From contig VMGC01000001.1 in assembly GCA_007376385.1 (NCBI GenBank), positions 288,001 to 352,000 on the forward strand: a stretch of 64,000 nucleotides of DNA, given 5' to 3'. This document shows positions 34,740 to 44,747 of the stretch, piece by piece. Made by a program: the position numbers and the translations under genes. The notes beneath the pieces are model-generated. The model saw only the letters and a list, made by a program, of their open reading frames with translations, did no database searches and was not told the DNA's origin. Positions within the stretch are counted from its first letter, which is position 1; the number at the start of each line of letters is the position of its first letter. This DNA is from Parcubacteria group bacterium Gr01-1014_8. Lineage in GTDB: Bacteria; Patescibacteriota; Minisyncoccia; Phycocordibacterales; UBA2100.

Positions 34740-36053
34740 CGCGAATATCGTGAACACGAATATGAACGGGTCAATGGGCACGCGAAAGCGACCGTTTACC
34801 GCAAGTCCTATCACGATAGTTGTGGCGGCAAAGTATCCAACGAGTCCCGCGACAAACAGTAACTTAGGGGAAATACCGTTGATGAAGGTGTAACGAGTGA
34901 CTCCATAGGCAGAGAGGAGTGCTGTGATTATCCAAAACAATCTTCCGATGAGCACGAACGCCTCCGGTCTTTGCATGAGTGTGAGCGCGAAGCGCATAGC
35001 CTCGATGGGTCTGGTGAGCAGTGTTGAGATTGGCGGATGTTCAAAAGACATACGGATATCAGATCTATCCAGAATCGTTGCGTACGTGTCGTGCGTAAAG
35101 AATGCAAATATCGTCATGCCTGCCGACATCGCAAAACCTTTTTTGTGTTTTTTTAGTTCAGCAACCGCACGTTCTTTGAACACAACCGCGTTCCCGAGGT
35201 TGATGTCTTCTATGCTCCCTACATTCTCGCGCTCGAAGAATTCTTCAGCCGCCTCTTCATAGGTAATTCCTTTTTCGAAAGCTATCGTGGAGGGTACAAG
35301 ATATGCATACAGGTTGCTCACCGGCTGTACGACAAGGCTTGTTGTTCCAAACGTCGTGTAATTTCTATACATCCACGGGGAGAGAATGAGCACAAAGATT
35401 GAGGCAAAAAGAGCAGATTGAAACACGAGCGGCTTCCAGTTCTTGCCGTGTATGAGGATGAGAAGAGGGATCAAGAGAATAGGCGCGTATTGCATGGTTG
35501 GCTTGATGAGCGTTGCAATGCCCAGAAGAAGCGATGCCGTTGCAAGAGTCCAGAGCTTTTGCTGGTCGAAAAAACGAATAAGCAGCCACACGGAGGGAAA
35601 AAATAGGAACAGGAACAGTGTTTCAGTCATGACTGTGCCGGTCAAATATGCAGTAAGCGGCTCAACAGCAGAGAGGACGCCAACGATGATGCTTGCGCGC
35701 GGTGTTAAGAATTCCCGTGCGATACGCCACGCGAATATCGTGCTGATGCTTCCTAAGAGTATTTGGAGAAAGAAGATCGGTTCATAATTTCCGAATAACA
35801 GTGCGATGCCTGCGAGCAGGTATGGGTACAGAGGTGTTCGTACTGAGTCTGGAACAAAAGGAGCCTCACTGCTCCTGGTAAAACCGTTACCAGCGAGAAT
35901 GTTTTCGCTGAGTTCATAGTAACCGTCAAATGCAACAGCTTCAGGGGAAAAATGTCCTTCATCGAATATGGAAAAAGGGAGGAATGAGATGCGCACTGCA
36001 AGTGCGATCAAGAATATGATGAGAGGAATTTTCCAGTTGCCGGCAAATTGCAC
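34689..36053 (-). CDS. GT-C fold integral membrane glycosyltransferase (PMT/ArnT-like, family 39/83-type)
   Basis: 454 aa, about 11 hydrophobic segments. Opposite-strand partner of the GtrA/GtrB pair, in the classic three-component arrangement. Confidence 0.55.
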   Translation of the reverse strand: MQFAGNWKIPLIIFLIALAVRISFLPFSIFDEGHFSPEAVAFDGYYELSENILAGNGFTRSSEAPFVPDSVRTPLYPYLLAGIALLFGNYEPIFFLQILLGSISTIFAWRIAREFLTPRASIIVGVLSAVEPLTAYLTGTVMTETLFLFLFFPSVWLLIRFFDQQKLWTLATASLLLGIATLIKPTMQYAPILLIPLLILIHGKNWKPLVFQSALFASIFVLILSPWMYRNYTTFGTTSLVVQPVSNLYAYLVPSTIAFEKGITYEEAAEEFFERENVGSIEDINLGNAVVFKERAVAELKKHKKGFAMSAGMTIFAFFTHDTYATILDRSDIRMSFEHPPISTLLTRPIEAMRFALTLMQRPEAFVLIGRLFWIITALLSAYGVTRYTFINGISPKLLFVAGLVGYFAATTIVIGLAVNGRFRVPIDPFIFVFTIFALQSIFQKRPDRDEPIA

Positions 36054-36096
36054 ACCGCAATCGTAGCATAGCCGCTAAGGGTGCTAGCATGGGGCA

Positions 36097-36510
36097 ATGT
36101 CTTGGCTCATGTCATATATACGAACACATTTTCTTCAGCTTGTTCGTTTCGGCATATCCGGCAGTGTAGCCGCTCTTTCGGGCATCATAAGTTTGTATGT
36201 GCTCACGGACATCGTTGGAATCTGGTATGTAGCCTCCAGCGTTTTAGCGTTCTTCATAACGTTCATTATTGTATTCATTCTTCAAAAATTCTGGACGTTC
36301 AAGGAGACAAGCGTGAGTACGATTCCTCGGCAAACAGCTCAAAATTTTGCGCTCAGTATTTTCAATCTGTTTTTCAACACTGCGCTTATCTATGTGCTCG
36401 TGGATATAGCTGACCTCAACCATATACTCGCACAAGCACTCATTTACGGTCTCATTGGTGCGATAGATTTTTTCGTGTATAAGTATTGGATATTCCGCTT
36501 TGCGGACTAA
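36097..36510 (+). CDS. GtrA-family small membrane protein (second copy)
   Basis: 137 aa. VRFGISGSVAALSGIISLYVL...FILQKFWTF. Confidence 0.75.
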   Translation: MSWLMSYIRTHFLQLVRFGISGSVAALSGIISLYVLTDIVGIWYVASSVLAFFITFIIVFILQKFWTFKETSVSTIPRQTAQNFALSIFNLFFNTALIYVLVDIADLNHILAQALIYGLIGAIDFFVYKYWIFRFAD

Positions 36511-36514
36511 CTGT

Positions 36515-37465
36515 ATGGGCAAACCGAGAGTCTCCCTCATTGTTCCCGTGTATAACGAAGCCCTTTCGCTGCCATTGGTACATGCAGCAATTAAGGAATT
36601 GTACAAAGACTATGAAGATATGGAGACCATCTTCGTAAACGATGGTTCCAGAGACAATAGTATTGAGGTTCTGAAGAAGATTGCCGAGGGAGACAAGCGT
36701 GTCAAAGTTGTGTCGTTTTCGACGAACTATGGGCAGACTGCCGCCATCCTCGGCGGAATAGATCACGCACTGGGGGATATCATCATCCCGATGGATAGCG
36801 ATTTGGAAAATGACCCGCGAGATATTCCCAAGCTCGTTGCAGAGTTGGAAAAGGGATATGACGTTGTTTCGGGGTGGCGGCAAGATCGCTGGGGCGGCAG
36901 TTTCTTTTCGCGCAAATTGCCTTCAATCGCTGCCAACTGGCTCATTTCAGTGATAACCGGCGTCCATCTGCACGATTACGGCTGTACCTTAAAGGCATAC
37001 AGAAAAGAGGTCATCAAAGGAGTGCCGCTGTATGGCGAAATGCATCGATTCATTCCGGCATACGCCTCCTGGCAAGGAGCAAAAGTAACGGAAGTGCCTG
37101 TCCGGTATTCACCGCGCAAATTCGGCAAAAGCAATTATGGTTTCTCGCGCATACTGCGGGTTCTCCTCGACCTTCTATTGGTTCGCTTTCTCGATAGATA
37201 CATGGATAGACCGATACACTTTTTTGGAGGTCTAGGCATTTTTCTCTTCCTGCTGGGAGGGCTTGCAGGCTCGGCGGCCATCTTTTTGCGTATCTTTTAC
37301 GATTTACACATGGTACAGACGCCGCTTCCGACGCTCACAGCACTTCTTCTCATTATGGGTATGAATCTCATCATGATGGGAGTTCTCAGTGAAATGCAGA
37401 TGCGCACCTACTATGAGGCAAAAAAAGAGCGACCATATCGCATTCGAGAAACTATGAATATCTAA
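36515..37465 (+). CDS. GT2 polyprenyl-phosphate glycosyltransferase (second GtrB/CsbB-like copy, with C-terminal TM segments)
   Basis: Start at MGKPRVSLIVPVYNEALSLPL. ...FVNDGSRDNS...PMDSDLEND is GT-A fold. The C-terminal membrane helices are typical of GtrB. Confidence 0.8.
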   Translation: MGKPRVSLIVPVYNEALSLPLVHAAIKELYKDYEDMETIFVNDGSRDNSIEVLKKIAEGDKRVKVVSFSTNYGQTAAILGGIDHALGDIIIPMDSDLENDPRDIPKLVAELEKGYDVVSGWRQDRWGGSFFSRKLPSIAANWLISVITGVHLHDYGCTLKAYRKEVIKGVPLYGEMHRFIPAYASWQGAKVTEVPVRYSPRKFGKSNYGFSRILRVLLDLLLVRFLDRYMDRPIHFFGGLGIFLFLLGGLAGSAAIFLRIFYDLHMVQTPLPTLTALLLIMGMNLIMMGVLSEMQMRTYYEAKKERPYRIRETMNI

Positions 37466-37466
37466 C

Positions 37467-39320
37467 ATGTGCGGCATCGCGGGGTACGTGGGGAATGGGA
37501 CGCGAAAAGAACTCGATGCGATGTTGAAGGCGCTCGAGCATCGGGGTCCGGATGATTCCGGCATTCATATACGGGAAGATGTAGGATTTGGGCACAGGCG
37601 CCTCTCTATTATCGATACCAGTATGCGCGGTCACCAGCCCATGCTCTCGGCTGATAAGCGCGTCGTCATAATTCTGAATGGAGAGATATATAACTATCGA
37701 GAGCTGCAGAGGTCTATCAAGAACGCAGGAAGGCAGTTGATGAGCGATTCGGATACGGAAGTTCTTCTCCATTTATATGCGATGCACGGTGAGGATATGC
37801 TTCGCGACGTCGTGGGCATGTTCGCGTTCGCGCTCTATGACGAGAAGAATAAAAAGCTTATTCTTGCGAGGGACAGGATGGGTGAGAAGCCTCTTTACTG
37901 GAAACAAGACAAAGGTTGTTTGCGTTTTGCGTCTGAATTAAAAGGTCTGCTTGCTTCCGGTATAGAGAAGCGATTGAATGTAGAAGCACTGCAGCAGTAC
38001 CTATTATTTGATTTCGTGCCGACCCCGCTGTGCATAATAGAAGGTGTCAACAAACTTGAGGCCGGGACGATGCTCATTCTTGAACGAGGCACGGTATTCA
38101 TGCGTCCATTTTGGCAGCCGAAGGGGGAGAGCGATATCAGCGAAGACGATGCAGTAAAAAGACTTGATGTGCTTCTCCAAAAAAGCGTATCGCGCCAGCT
38201 CGTCGCAGATGTTCCGCTCGGGGTCTTTTTAAGCGGTGGATTGGACAGTTCGACAGTCGCGTACTATGCAAAACATGCCGTGCATTCGATTGACACTTTT
38301 TCAATCGGCTTTGATGACCCATCGTTCGATGAATCCGAGTATGCGAGAGAAGTTGCGAAGTTTCTTGGTACGAGACATCACGATAGAATAGTTTCCAGCG
38401 CTGATGCACTTGAGCTTGTGTCGAGCATAGCGGATGTATTCAGCGAGCCGGTGGCGGATGCCTCCGTGATTCCCACGATGCTTCTCTCGAAATTTGCACG
38501 TAGGTCAGTGACCGTCGCTCTCGGTGGGGATGGCAGCGATGAGTTATTCGCCGGGTACGTTACGTTTCAGGCGGATACGTTCTCGAAAATATACAGAATG
38601 ATGCCTGATGTTGTGAAAGACATCGTGGTAAGCGTGCTTGGAAGGATCCCTGCGTCGCACAAGAACTTTCCTCTTTCTTACAACCTCAAGAAATTTGTGG
38701 GCAGCACATCCGAGAACAGCGTGCACAGGCATCTTGAGTGGCTCGGCACATTTGGGAAGGACGCTCGGCGGAAAGTATCCGGCCCGCTTCTTCTCCCTCT
38801 TGTCGAAGATTCCAACGAATTCGCCATTCCCGACAGCCACGCAGACAACTTTGACGGGAGTGAACACAATAAGTTGCTCTTTACATATATGCGCATGTAT
38901 CTCATGGACCAGGTGTTGGTGAAAGTAGATAGAGCAAGCATGCACTATGCACTCGAGACGAGGGCTCCGTTTCTGGATCACACGCTTGTAGATTTTGTTT
39001 TGTCTCTGCCGTACAGCCTTAAGTACCATCGCGGAACGACGAAATATATTCTCAAGCAGCTCATGCGGGACAAATTGCCGCCCTCTATCGTGAATCGAAA
39101 AAAGAAGGGATTTGGCATACCTCTCGCGCGCTGGCTAGCTGGACCGCTTAGGCCCCTCTGCGAAGAACTGCTCTCCAAGCAATCGCTCAAAGAACATGGT
39201 CTTTTCGACGAGCGATACGTCGGTGTTCTGAAAGACATGCATATGCAGGGAAAGAGAGATAATCGCAAAGAGCTCTGGAACCTCATGGTCTTTCAGATGT
39301 GGTATCAGCGCTACATGTGA
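37467..39320 (+). CDS. asparagine synthase (glutamine-hydrolysing)-family amidotransferase; in this context likely a glycan-modifying amidotransferase (PseA/WbpS-like)
   Basis: 617 aa. N-terminal MCGIAGYVGN (Ntn Cys2) glutaminase domain and the SGGLDSS PP-loop synthetase motif. Confidence 0.8.
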   Translation: MCGIAGYVGNGTRKELDAMLKALEHRGPDDSGIHIREDVGFGHRRLSIIDTSMRGHQPMLSADKRVVIILNGEIYNYRELQRSIKNAGRQLMSDSDTEVLLHLYAMHGEDMLRDVVGMFAFALYDEKNKKLILARDRMGEKPLYWKQDKGCLRFASELKGLLASGIEKRLNVEALQQYLLFDFVPTPLCIIEGVNKLEAGTMLILERGTVFMRPFWQPKGESDISEDDAVKRLDVLLQKSVSRQLVADVPLGVFLSGGLDSSTVAYYAKHAVHSIDTFSIGFDDPSFDESEYAREVAKFLGTRHHDRIVSSADALELVSSIADVFSEPVADASVIPTMLLSKFARRSVTVALGGDGSDELFAGYVTFQADTFSKIYRMMPDVVKDIVVSVLGRIPASHKNFPLSYNLKKFVGSTSENSVHRHLEWLGTFGKDARRKVSGPLLLPLVEDSNEFAIPDSHADNFDGSEHNKLLFTYMRMYLMDQVLVKVDRASMHYALETRAPFLDHTLVDFVLSLPYSLKYHRGTTKYILKQLMRDKLPPSIVNRKKKGFGIPLARWLAGPLRPLCEELLSKQSLKEHGLFDERYVGVLKDMHMQGKRDNRKELWNLMVFQMWYQRYM

Positions 39321-39401
39321 CCAAGCGGTGTAGAGGGGAAGTACTGAGCGCAGCAGCGTGAATGTGAGGTCAGTAGGCCGAATGTGAGGTAGAATGCCGC
39401 C

Positions 39402-39968
39402 ATGCCAAGAAAGCTTAATGTGGGTTGCGGCGGCGATAAGAAAGAGGGGTATGTAAATTTGGACTGGTTGGAGTTATTAAAACCGGATGTCGTCCACGAC
39501 TTGAATGCATTTCCGTATCCATTTAAGGATGGCTCGTTTGACTTGATCGAGGCGTATCACGCTCTCGAGCATCTAGAAAAACCATTCATGGTCATGAAAG
39601 AGATGCACAGGTTGCTAGCGAAGGGAGGCGTACTCCACGTAAAAGTCCCTCATTTTAGCCGAGGGTTTACACATGCGGAACATGAGCACGGTTTCGATGT
39701 CACATTTCCTCTCTATTTTGACAAGAAGTTTTCAGCACACGGATACTATGGCGTAGATTTTGCACTGCGATCAATGCGTCTTTCATGGCTTGCGTTCTTT
39801 CATTTGATGCCATTCATGGGATATGGTCCGATCCTCATACGGATCCTGCGAGGGGTAAATTCTGTTGTGTCAGGTCTCGCAAACCTATCGCCTGCCCTCG
39901 CGAGCCGCATCTGGTGTTTCTGGGTCGGCGGCTTTGATGAGATCGAATTCAAATTCATTAAGATATGA
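39402..39968 (+). CDS. class I SAM-dependent methyltransferase (Methyltransf_11-like)
   Basis: 188 aa. KLNVGCGGDKKEGYVNLD...GSFDLIEAYHALEHL. Confidence 0.65.
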   Translation: MPRKLNVGCGGDKKEGYVNLDWLELLKPDVVHDLNAFPYPFKDGSFDLIEAYHALEHLEKPFMVMKEMHRLLAKGGVLHVKVPHFSRGFTHAEHEHGFDVTFPLYFDKKFSAHGYYGVDFALRSMRLSWLAFFHLMPFMGYGPILIRILRGVNSVVSGLANLSPALASRIWCFWVGGFDEIEFKFIKI

Positions 39969-40663
39969 GTGAAAAGGCTGCACTCTTTGATGTGCGGTAT
40001 TTTTTCAAACGGTGGCCGAATTTCTATTACGCCGTTGCGTACGTGTTCGGTCCGGTTCTCTTTACTGGTCTTGGTGCAAAAAAATTCTTGCGGAGATATC
40101 CGACCACTGGCTCCATTCTGAATCTAGGCAGCGGTCCGCGTATTCTGGGGAGTGGAGTAACGAACGTCGATATTGAATCGTACCCCGGTGTTTCTATACT
40201 AGCCGACGTCTGCGCGGTACCTTTGCCTGATGGAAGCGTATCGAGAATTGTCTCCGATAATGTCCTCGAACATGTTAAAGACCCGATCGCTGCCGTAAAG
40301 GAGATGGAACGATTATTAGAGTCCAACGGTCTTGCATACGTGTGCATCCCTTTCTTGTATCCGTTCCATTTTTCGCCGTATGATTATCAGCGGTGGACTG
40401 TGGGAGGATATCGAGAGCTATTCAAAAACTTTGAGATCATTGAGGTGGGCGTTCGCTCAGGTCCTTTTTCGGCGCTGTGTGCATTCCTTTGTCATTTTAC
40501 CGGCACTCTTTTTTCCTTCGGTACACCCACACTCAATTCTCTCATTACGAATGTGAGTATGTTCATCTTCTTTCCAATAAAGTATCTCGACATCGTGTTC
40601 GCGCATATACCCGAGGCGCACGCCGTTGCCGCCGTTCTGTACTGCGTTGTTCGCAAACGTTAG
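39965..40663 (+). CDS. class I SAM-dependent methyltransferase (Methyltransf_11-like), second copy
   Basis: 232 aa. ILNLGSGPRILGSGVTNVD...VSRIVSDNVLEHV. Confidence 0.6.
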   Translation: MSEKAALFDVRYFFKRWPNFYYAVAYVFGPVLFTGLGAKKFLRRYPTTGSILNLGSGPRILGSGVTNVDIESYPGVSILADVCAVPLPDGSVSRIVSDNVLEHVKDPIAAVKEMERLLESNGLAYVCIPFLYPFHFSPYDYQRWTVGGYRELFKNFEIIEVGVRSGPFSALCAFLCHFTGTLFSFGTPTLNSLITNVSMFIFFPIKYLDIVFAHIPEAHAVAAVLYCVVRKR

Positions 40664-40667
40664 GCAT

Positions 40668-42398
40668 ATGAAAGAGTATTTGCATTCTCACGCTCTCGCG
40701 CTCGGGCTTGCGATCGTGGTTGGCATTGTGACGGTCATGCCGATGATTCTGGCGCCGATCTCCCTTGGCGCTGATTACAAGGGCATTCATTATCTTCCTC
40801 TGAATGACGAGGACATTTATCTTGCCCGCATTCACGAGATCCTCGACGGGCACTATAGCGTTACGTCACCGTTTCTGTATGACTATAAGGATGCTGCAAT
40901 GTTATGGCCTCCCATCAACGAATGGCTCTATGCTCTTCCAGCGTTCTTATTCGGGCTCTCAGCCGTCGTTGTCGCGAGCAAGTTTCTGCTCCCCGCTGGG
41001 TTGTTTTTCTTGATATACCTTTTGAGCCGGAAGCTCCTTGGTGAAGAAGACAAGTTAGCTGAAGTATGTGCGATCGCAGCGGGGCTTGTCGCAACGCTCG
41101 GTATTGTATTTGTCGATTACACATACATGGCGTGGTTTTTTGCCGGGAAAGAACACGCCCCGGTCATGTGGACGCGCCTTGTGAATCCCATAACGGGCGG
41201 TGTTGAACTCTTTGCGTTCGTCACGTTACTCTGGTTTATCTGGGAAAGAAAGCGTCCGTATGCATTCGTCGCAGCTGGTTTTCTCCTCGCGCTCATGATC
41301 GGTTACTATTTCGCGTTCGGTATGGGCCTCGCGACCCTTGGCGTGCTGTTTTTTATCGCTCTTCTTCGCAAGGAATTTGCGGTAGCGCGTGAATTTGCAT
41401 ATGTCGGGGTCATTTCCTTACTTCTTGATGCGTGGATATGGTATAACGTTCTCTTTTCGATCGGCGGCGAGGAAGGGAAGGCGCTGGCGATGCGCAACGG
41501 CATGTTTTTTACCCACGAACTTGTCCTCAACAAGGCGCTTTTTCTTGCGACTACCTTCGTCGCGCTTTGTTATCTGTACACTTACGTATATAAGAACAAT
41601 AAGCAGTTTCTGCGCAGCTGGCTCTTTATATTCGCGCTTCTTGGGGCGTCGTGGCTTGCGTTCAATCAACAAGTGATAACGGGTCGGCAGATATGGTATC
41701 ACCACTTCGTGCAATACACCGTGCCCTTATCAATGCTCTCTGTTATTGCGGCGTCATACTTTACGTTGCGCTTCAGCATGCCTCGGCTTTTGCGTTTCGG
41801 CATGCTCGGTATCATCGTTGTGAGTCTCGCCTATGGAGTCTCGTGCATAGGAAGTTATGTCAGGGATATACCGCTATGGTTTGCTGGAGACCAGCGGTAC
41901 GGGGACCTGATGGCATGGCTGAACGAGAATGCGCCGGAGGATTGCGTCGTGCTGGACGTGCAGAACGAAGAGTTTCTCGCTCGCGCAATTCCGGCGTATA
42001 CCGCGTGCAATACATATTTTTCGGCGGTAACGTATGCCGGCATCCCCGAGGAACGCCTTGTGCATAATTTTCTTCTTCGTATGGTCTTGGATGGCACACA
42101 TAAGACGCAGGCCCTCGAATACCTACGTATGCATTCCGAAGATGTGCGAGCAGATTTCTATCCGGATTGGAACGCCATGTTCGGTCACGATGCAACTCCA
42201 TGGATCGAAGGTCGCATGCAAGCGCTCGAGAGTGAATATCAAACATTTGCCGAGGTGCCGCTTAAAGAACAGATGCAAAAATATCGTGTTGACTACGTAA
42301 TTTCAACAGAGGAATTAACCCCGAAGTTGATAGGATCTCTGAATGCAACAAAGCTCGATTCAGCGGGAGTATATCGGATCTATACGCTCGAGAAATGA
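40668..42398 (+). CDS. polytopic membrane protein with a C-terminal soluble domain (possible GT-C/YfhO-like transferase)
   Basis: Track ORF trimmed to the ATG at 40668 (MKEYLHSHALALGLAIVVGIV...). About 12 or more hydrophobic segments over roughly 400 aa, then a roughly 170-aa hydrophilic tail. Confidence 0.45.
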   Translation: MKEYLHSHALALGLAIVVGIVTVMPMILAPISLGADYKGIHYLPLNDEDIYLARIHEILDGHYSVTSPFLYDYKDAAMLWPPINEWLYALPAFLFGLSAVVVASKFLLPAGLFFLIYLLSRKLLGEEDKLAEVCAIAAGLVATLGIVFVDYTYMAWFFAGKEHAPVMWTRLVNPITGGVELFAFVTLLWFIWERKRPYAFVAAGFLLALMIGYYFAFGMGLATLGVLFFIALLRKEFAVAREFAYVGVISLLLDAWIWYNVLFSIGGEEGKALAMRNGMFFTHELVLNKALFLATTFVALCYLYTYVYKNNKQFLRSWLFIFALLGASWLAFNQQVITGRQIWYHHFVQYTVPLSMLSVIAASYFTLRFSMPRLLRFGMLGIIVVSLAYGVSCIGSYVRDIPLWFAGDQRYGDLMAWLNENAPEDCVVLDVQNEEFLARAIPAYTACNTYFSAVTYAGIPEERLVHNFLLRMVLDGTHKTQALEYLRMHSEDVRADFYPDWNAMFGHDATPWIEGRMQALESEYQTFAEVPLKEQMQKYRVDYVISTEELTPKLIGSLNATKLDSAGVYRIYTLEK

Positions 42399-44614
42399 CA
42401 GTGTTACAATGGGCGACACCTATGACTCTCGAGAAAGTGCTACGCTGGATCGCGATCATCGGGATTTTCGCGCTACCGTTCATTGTTCTCATCGTCTCGC
42501 GCTCGCTCTTTTTTCCGTTCATCACCGGAAAAAACTTTGCATTCCGCATTATTGTCGAGATAGTCGGCGGGGCGTGGGTGGCGCTCGCGCTCGTAAACCC
42601 GCTCTATAGGCCGAGGCGCTCATGGGTCTTGCTGGCGTTTACGCTGTTTGTCGTGTTGATAGGGATCTCAGATGCATTTGGCGTCAATCCGTTCAAGAGC
42701 TTTTGGAGCAATTATGAGCGCATGGAAGGATGGGTAACGCTTGCTCATCTCCTGGTGTATCTTGTTGCGGCCGTATCAATTCTAAACACGGAGCAATTAT
42801 GGAAACGGTGGTGGCATACATCGCTCGGCGTTTCAGTTCTTGTCGCATTTCACGGACTTTTTCAGCTTTTGGGATTCATAACTATCAATCAGGGGGGTGT
42901 TCGGCTCGATGCAACTTTTGGCAATGCGACATATCTCGGCGTGTACATGCTTTTCAATGTCTTTGTTGCGGCGCTCTTTCTTTCGCGTGCATGGAACGAG
43001 CATCCCCGCGAGCGCTTCATGTACTCGTCGCTCTACGGCGCACTGATCATTCTTGATACGTTCATACTGTTTTTCACCTCGACACGCGGTGCCATCCTCG
43101 GTCTCATCGGGGGCGTCTTATTCTCAGCAGCGCTGCTTATTGTGCTTTCGCCGAAATCACGCACGGCGTGGTATGCGGGGGCAGCTATCGCGGGGCTTGT
43201 CGTCCTTGCCGGCATGTTTTTACTCGTGAAAGATCAGGCATGGGTGCAAGGGATCGAGCCGTTGCACCGCCTGGCGTCCATCGCTGACGAGGGTGTTCCC
43301 GGTGCGCGGGTCATGAACTGGGGGATGGCGATGCAGGGATTTAAAGAGAGGCCTATCTTAGGTTGGGGCCAAGAGAATTATGCGGTCGTGTTCGACAAAT
43401 ACTATGACCCGCAGATGTTCGGGCAGGAGCCATGGTTTGACCGCGTACACAATATCATTTTCGACTGGCTCATTGCTGGCGGCCTGCTTGGCCTACTTCT
43501 GTATCTTGGCATATATGTCTTCGCGCTTCTTGCCATTTGGCGTTCGGGAGGATTCGCGCAATACGAACGCGCCATTCTTACGGGGCTTTTTGCCGGGTAC
43601 TTTTTCTATCTTATTTTTACATTCGATAACATTACAAGTTATCTTATGTTTGTTTCCCTTCTCGCGTACATCACGATGCGTTCTTCTTTTGACGCGAGGC
43701 CGATCTTTGATCAGATACTTCCCAAAAACACGCTTCCTTTCTTCGCGGTGCTTGCAGTTTTTCTTGTATCAGGTCTTTCATGGTCTGTGAACGCACATGC
43801 GCTCTTGGCGAACAAGCTCATCATTCTTGCTCTCTCGCCGCATTCGGAGGGCGCTTCAAAAAATTTGGAATATTTCAAAGCATCTATCGCGTACGGAACA
43901 TATGGGACGCAAGAAGCGAGAGAGCATTTATCGCAGACAGCAGCTCAGGCCATTCAGAGCACGGGGGTTCCTCTCGATGTACGCAGGGGATTTTTAGAGA
44001 CGGCAGCAAAGGAGATGAGCACGCAGGCCGAGGACTCGCCCCTCAATGCGCGTTTTCCATTTTTTCTAGGCGTACTTCTGGACTCAGCGGGGGACTATAA
44101 CAATGCAAAGCTGGCGCTCGAAAGAGCGAGAGAACTCTCTCCCAATAAACAAGCGATACTATTTGAGCTGGGCCTCAATGCACTCGCTCGGGGTGATAAT
44201 GCGGCAGCACTCAGCATTTTTGAGAGCGCATACAAACTAGCATCGAATTTTGCGGAAGCGCGAACATTCTACACTGCTGTTGCTATCCACACGGATGATC
44301 AAGCAGTTGAAGATCAGATGATACGCGTCATGGTTGAGAATGATCAGGCATTGGAGCCGCGTATTCTCTCGGCCTATGCTTCAAAAAACAGATACGATAA
44401 GATCGCAGCGCTTGCAGCCGCCCAGATACAAATGCATCCAGACGATGTTCAAGCGCATGTGACGTACTCCGCTGCGCTTTATAAAATAGGGAATGTGGAA
44501 GACGCTGTTCGCTCCCTGGAAGAGCTGAAACGCGTCATACCAGGTGCTGCCGCACAGGCAGATTCGTTGATAGCAGATATGTTGAACGGGACGTTAAAGG
44601 TTGGTCAGCAGTAG
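42395..44614 (+). CDS. Wzy_C-domain protein (O-antigen ligase/WaaL- or PglL-type oligosaccharyltransferase-like) with C-terminal TPR repeats
   Basis: 739 aa. Multi-TM N-terminal region with WFDRVHNIIFDWLIAGGLLGLLLYLG (Wzy_C-like H-N-x-x-L...G motif). The C-terminal roughly 280 aa are alanine-rich TPR-like repeats. Confidence 0.55.
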   Translation: MTVLQWATPMTLEKVLRWIAIIGIFALPFIVLIVSRSLFFPFITGKNFAFRIIVEIVGGAWVALALVNPLYRPRRSWVLLAFTLFVVLIGISDAFGVNPFKSFWSNYERMEGWVTLAHLLVYLVAAVSILNTEQLWKRWWHTSLGVSVLVAFHGLFQLLGFITINQGGVRLDATFGNATYLGVYMLFNVFVAALFLSRAWNEHPRERFMYSSLYGALIILDTFILFFTSTRGAILGLIGGVLFSAALLIVLSPKSRTAWYAGAAIAGLVVLAGMFLLVKDQAWVQGIEPLHRLASIADEGVPGARVMNWGMAMQGFKERPILGWGQENYAVVFDKYYDPQMFGQEPWFDRVHNIIFDWLIAGGLLGLLLYLGIYVFALLAIWRSGGFAQYERAILTGLFAGYFFYLIFTFDNITSYLMFVSLLAYITMRSSFDARPIFDQILPKNTLPFFAVLAVFLVSGLSWSVNAHALLANKLIILALSPHSEGASKNLEYFKASIAYGTYGTQEAREHLSQTAAQAIQSTGVPLDVRRGFLETAAKEMSTQAEDSPLNARFPFFLGVLLDSAGDYNNAKLALERARELSPNKQAILFELGLNALARGDNAAALSIFESAYKLASNFAEARTFYTAVAIHTDDQAVEDQMIRVMVENDQALEPRILSAYASKNRYDKIAALAAAQIQMHPDDVQAHVTYSAALYKIGNVEDAVRSLEELKRVIPGAAAQADSLIADMLNGTLKVGQQ

Positions 44615-44718
44615 ACAAAGATAGAAAGATGATATAATTGCGCGGTGAGTGCCATTGCCTGTCTGCGTGCAGTACGCACAGGCAGAAAAGATGGCGTCTC
44701 TCTAGAAAGTCGCGTAGA

Positions 44719-44747
44719 TTCCCCCTCCGGGGGGATTTACGTTTTTG
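44719..44747 (+). terminator. candidate rho-independent terminator (TTCCCCC-TCC-GGGGGGA followed by TTTACGTTTTTG)
   Basis: GC hairpin plus T-tract about 105 nt downstream of the Wzy_C gene stop. The 14-mer GATTTACGTTTTTG recurs at 44953-44966. Confidence 0.4.
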
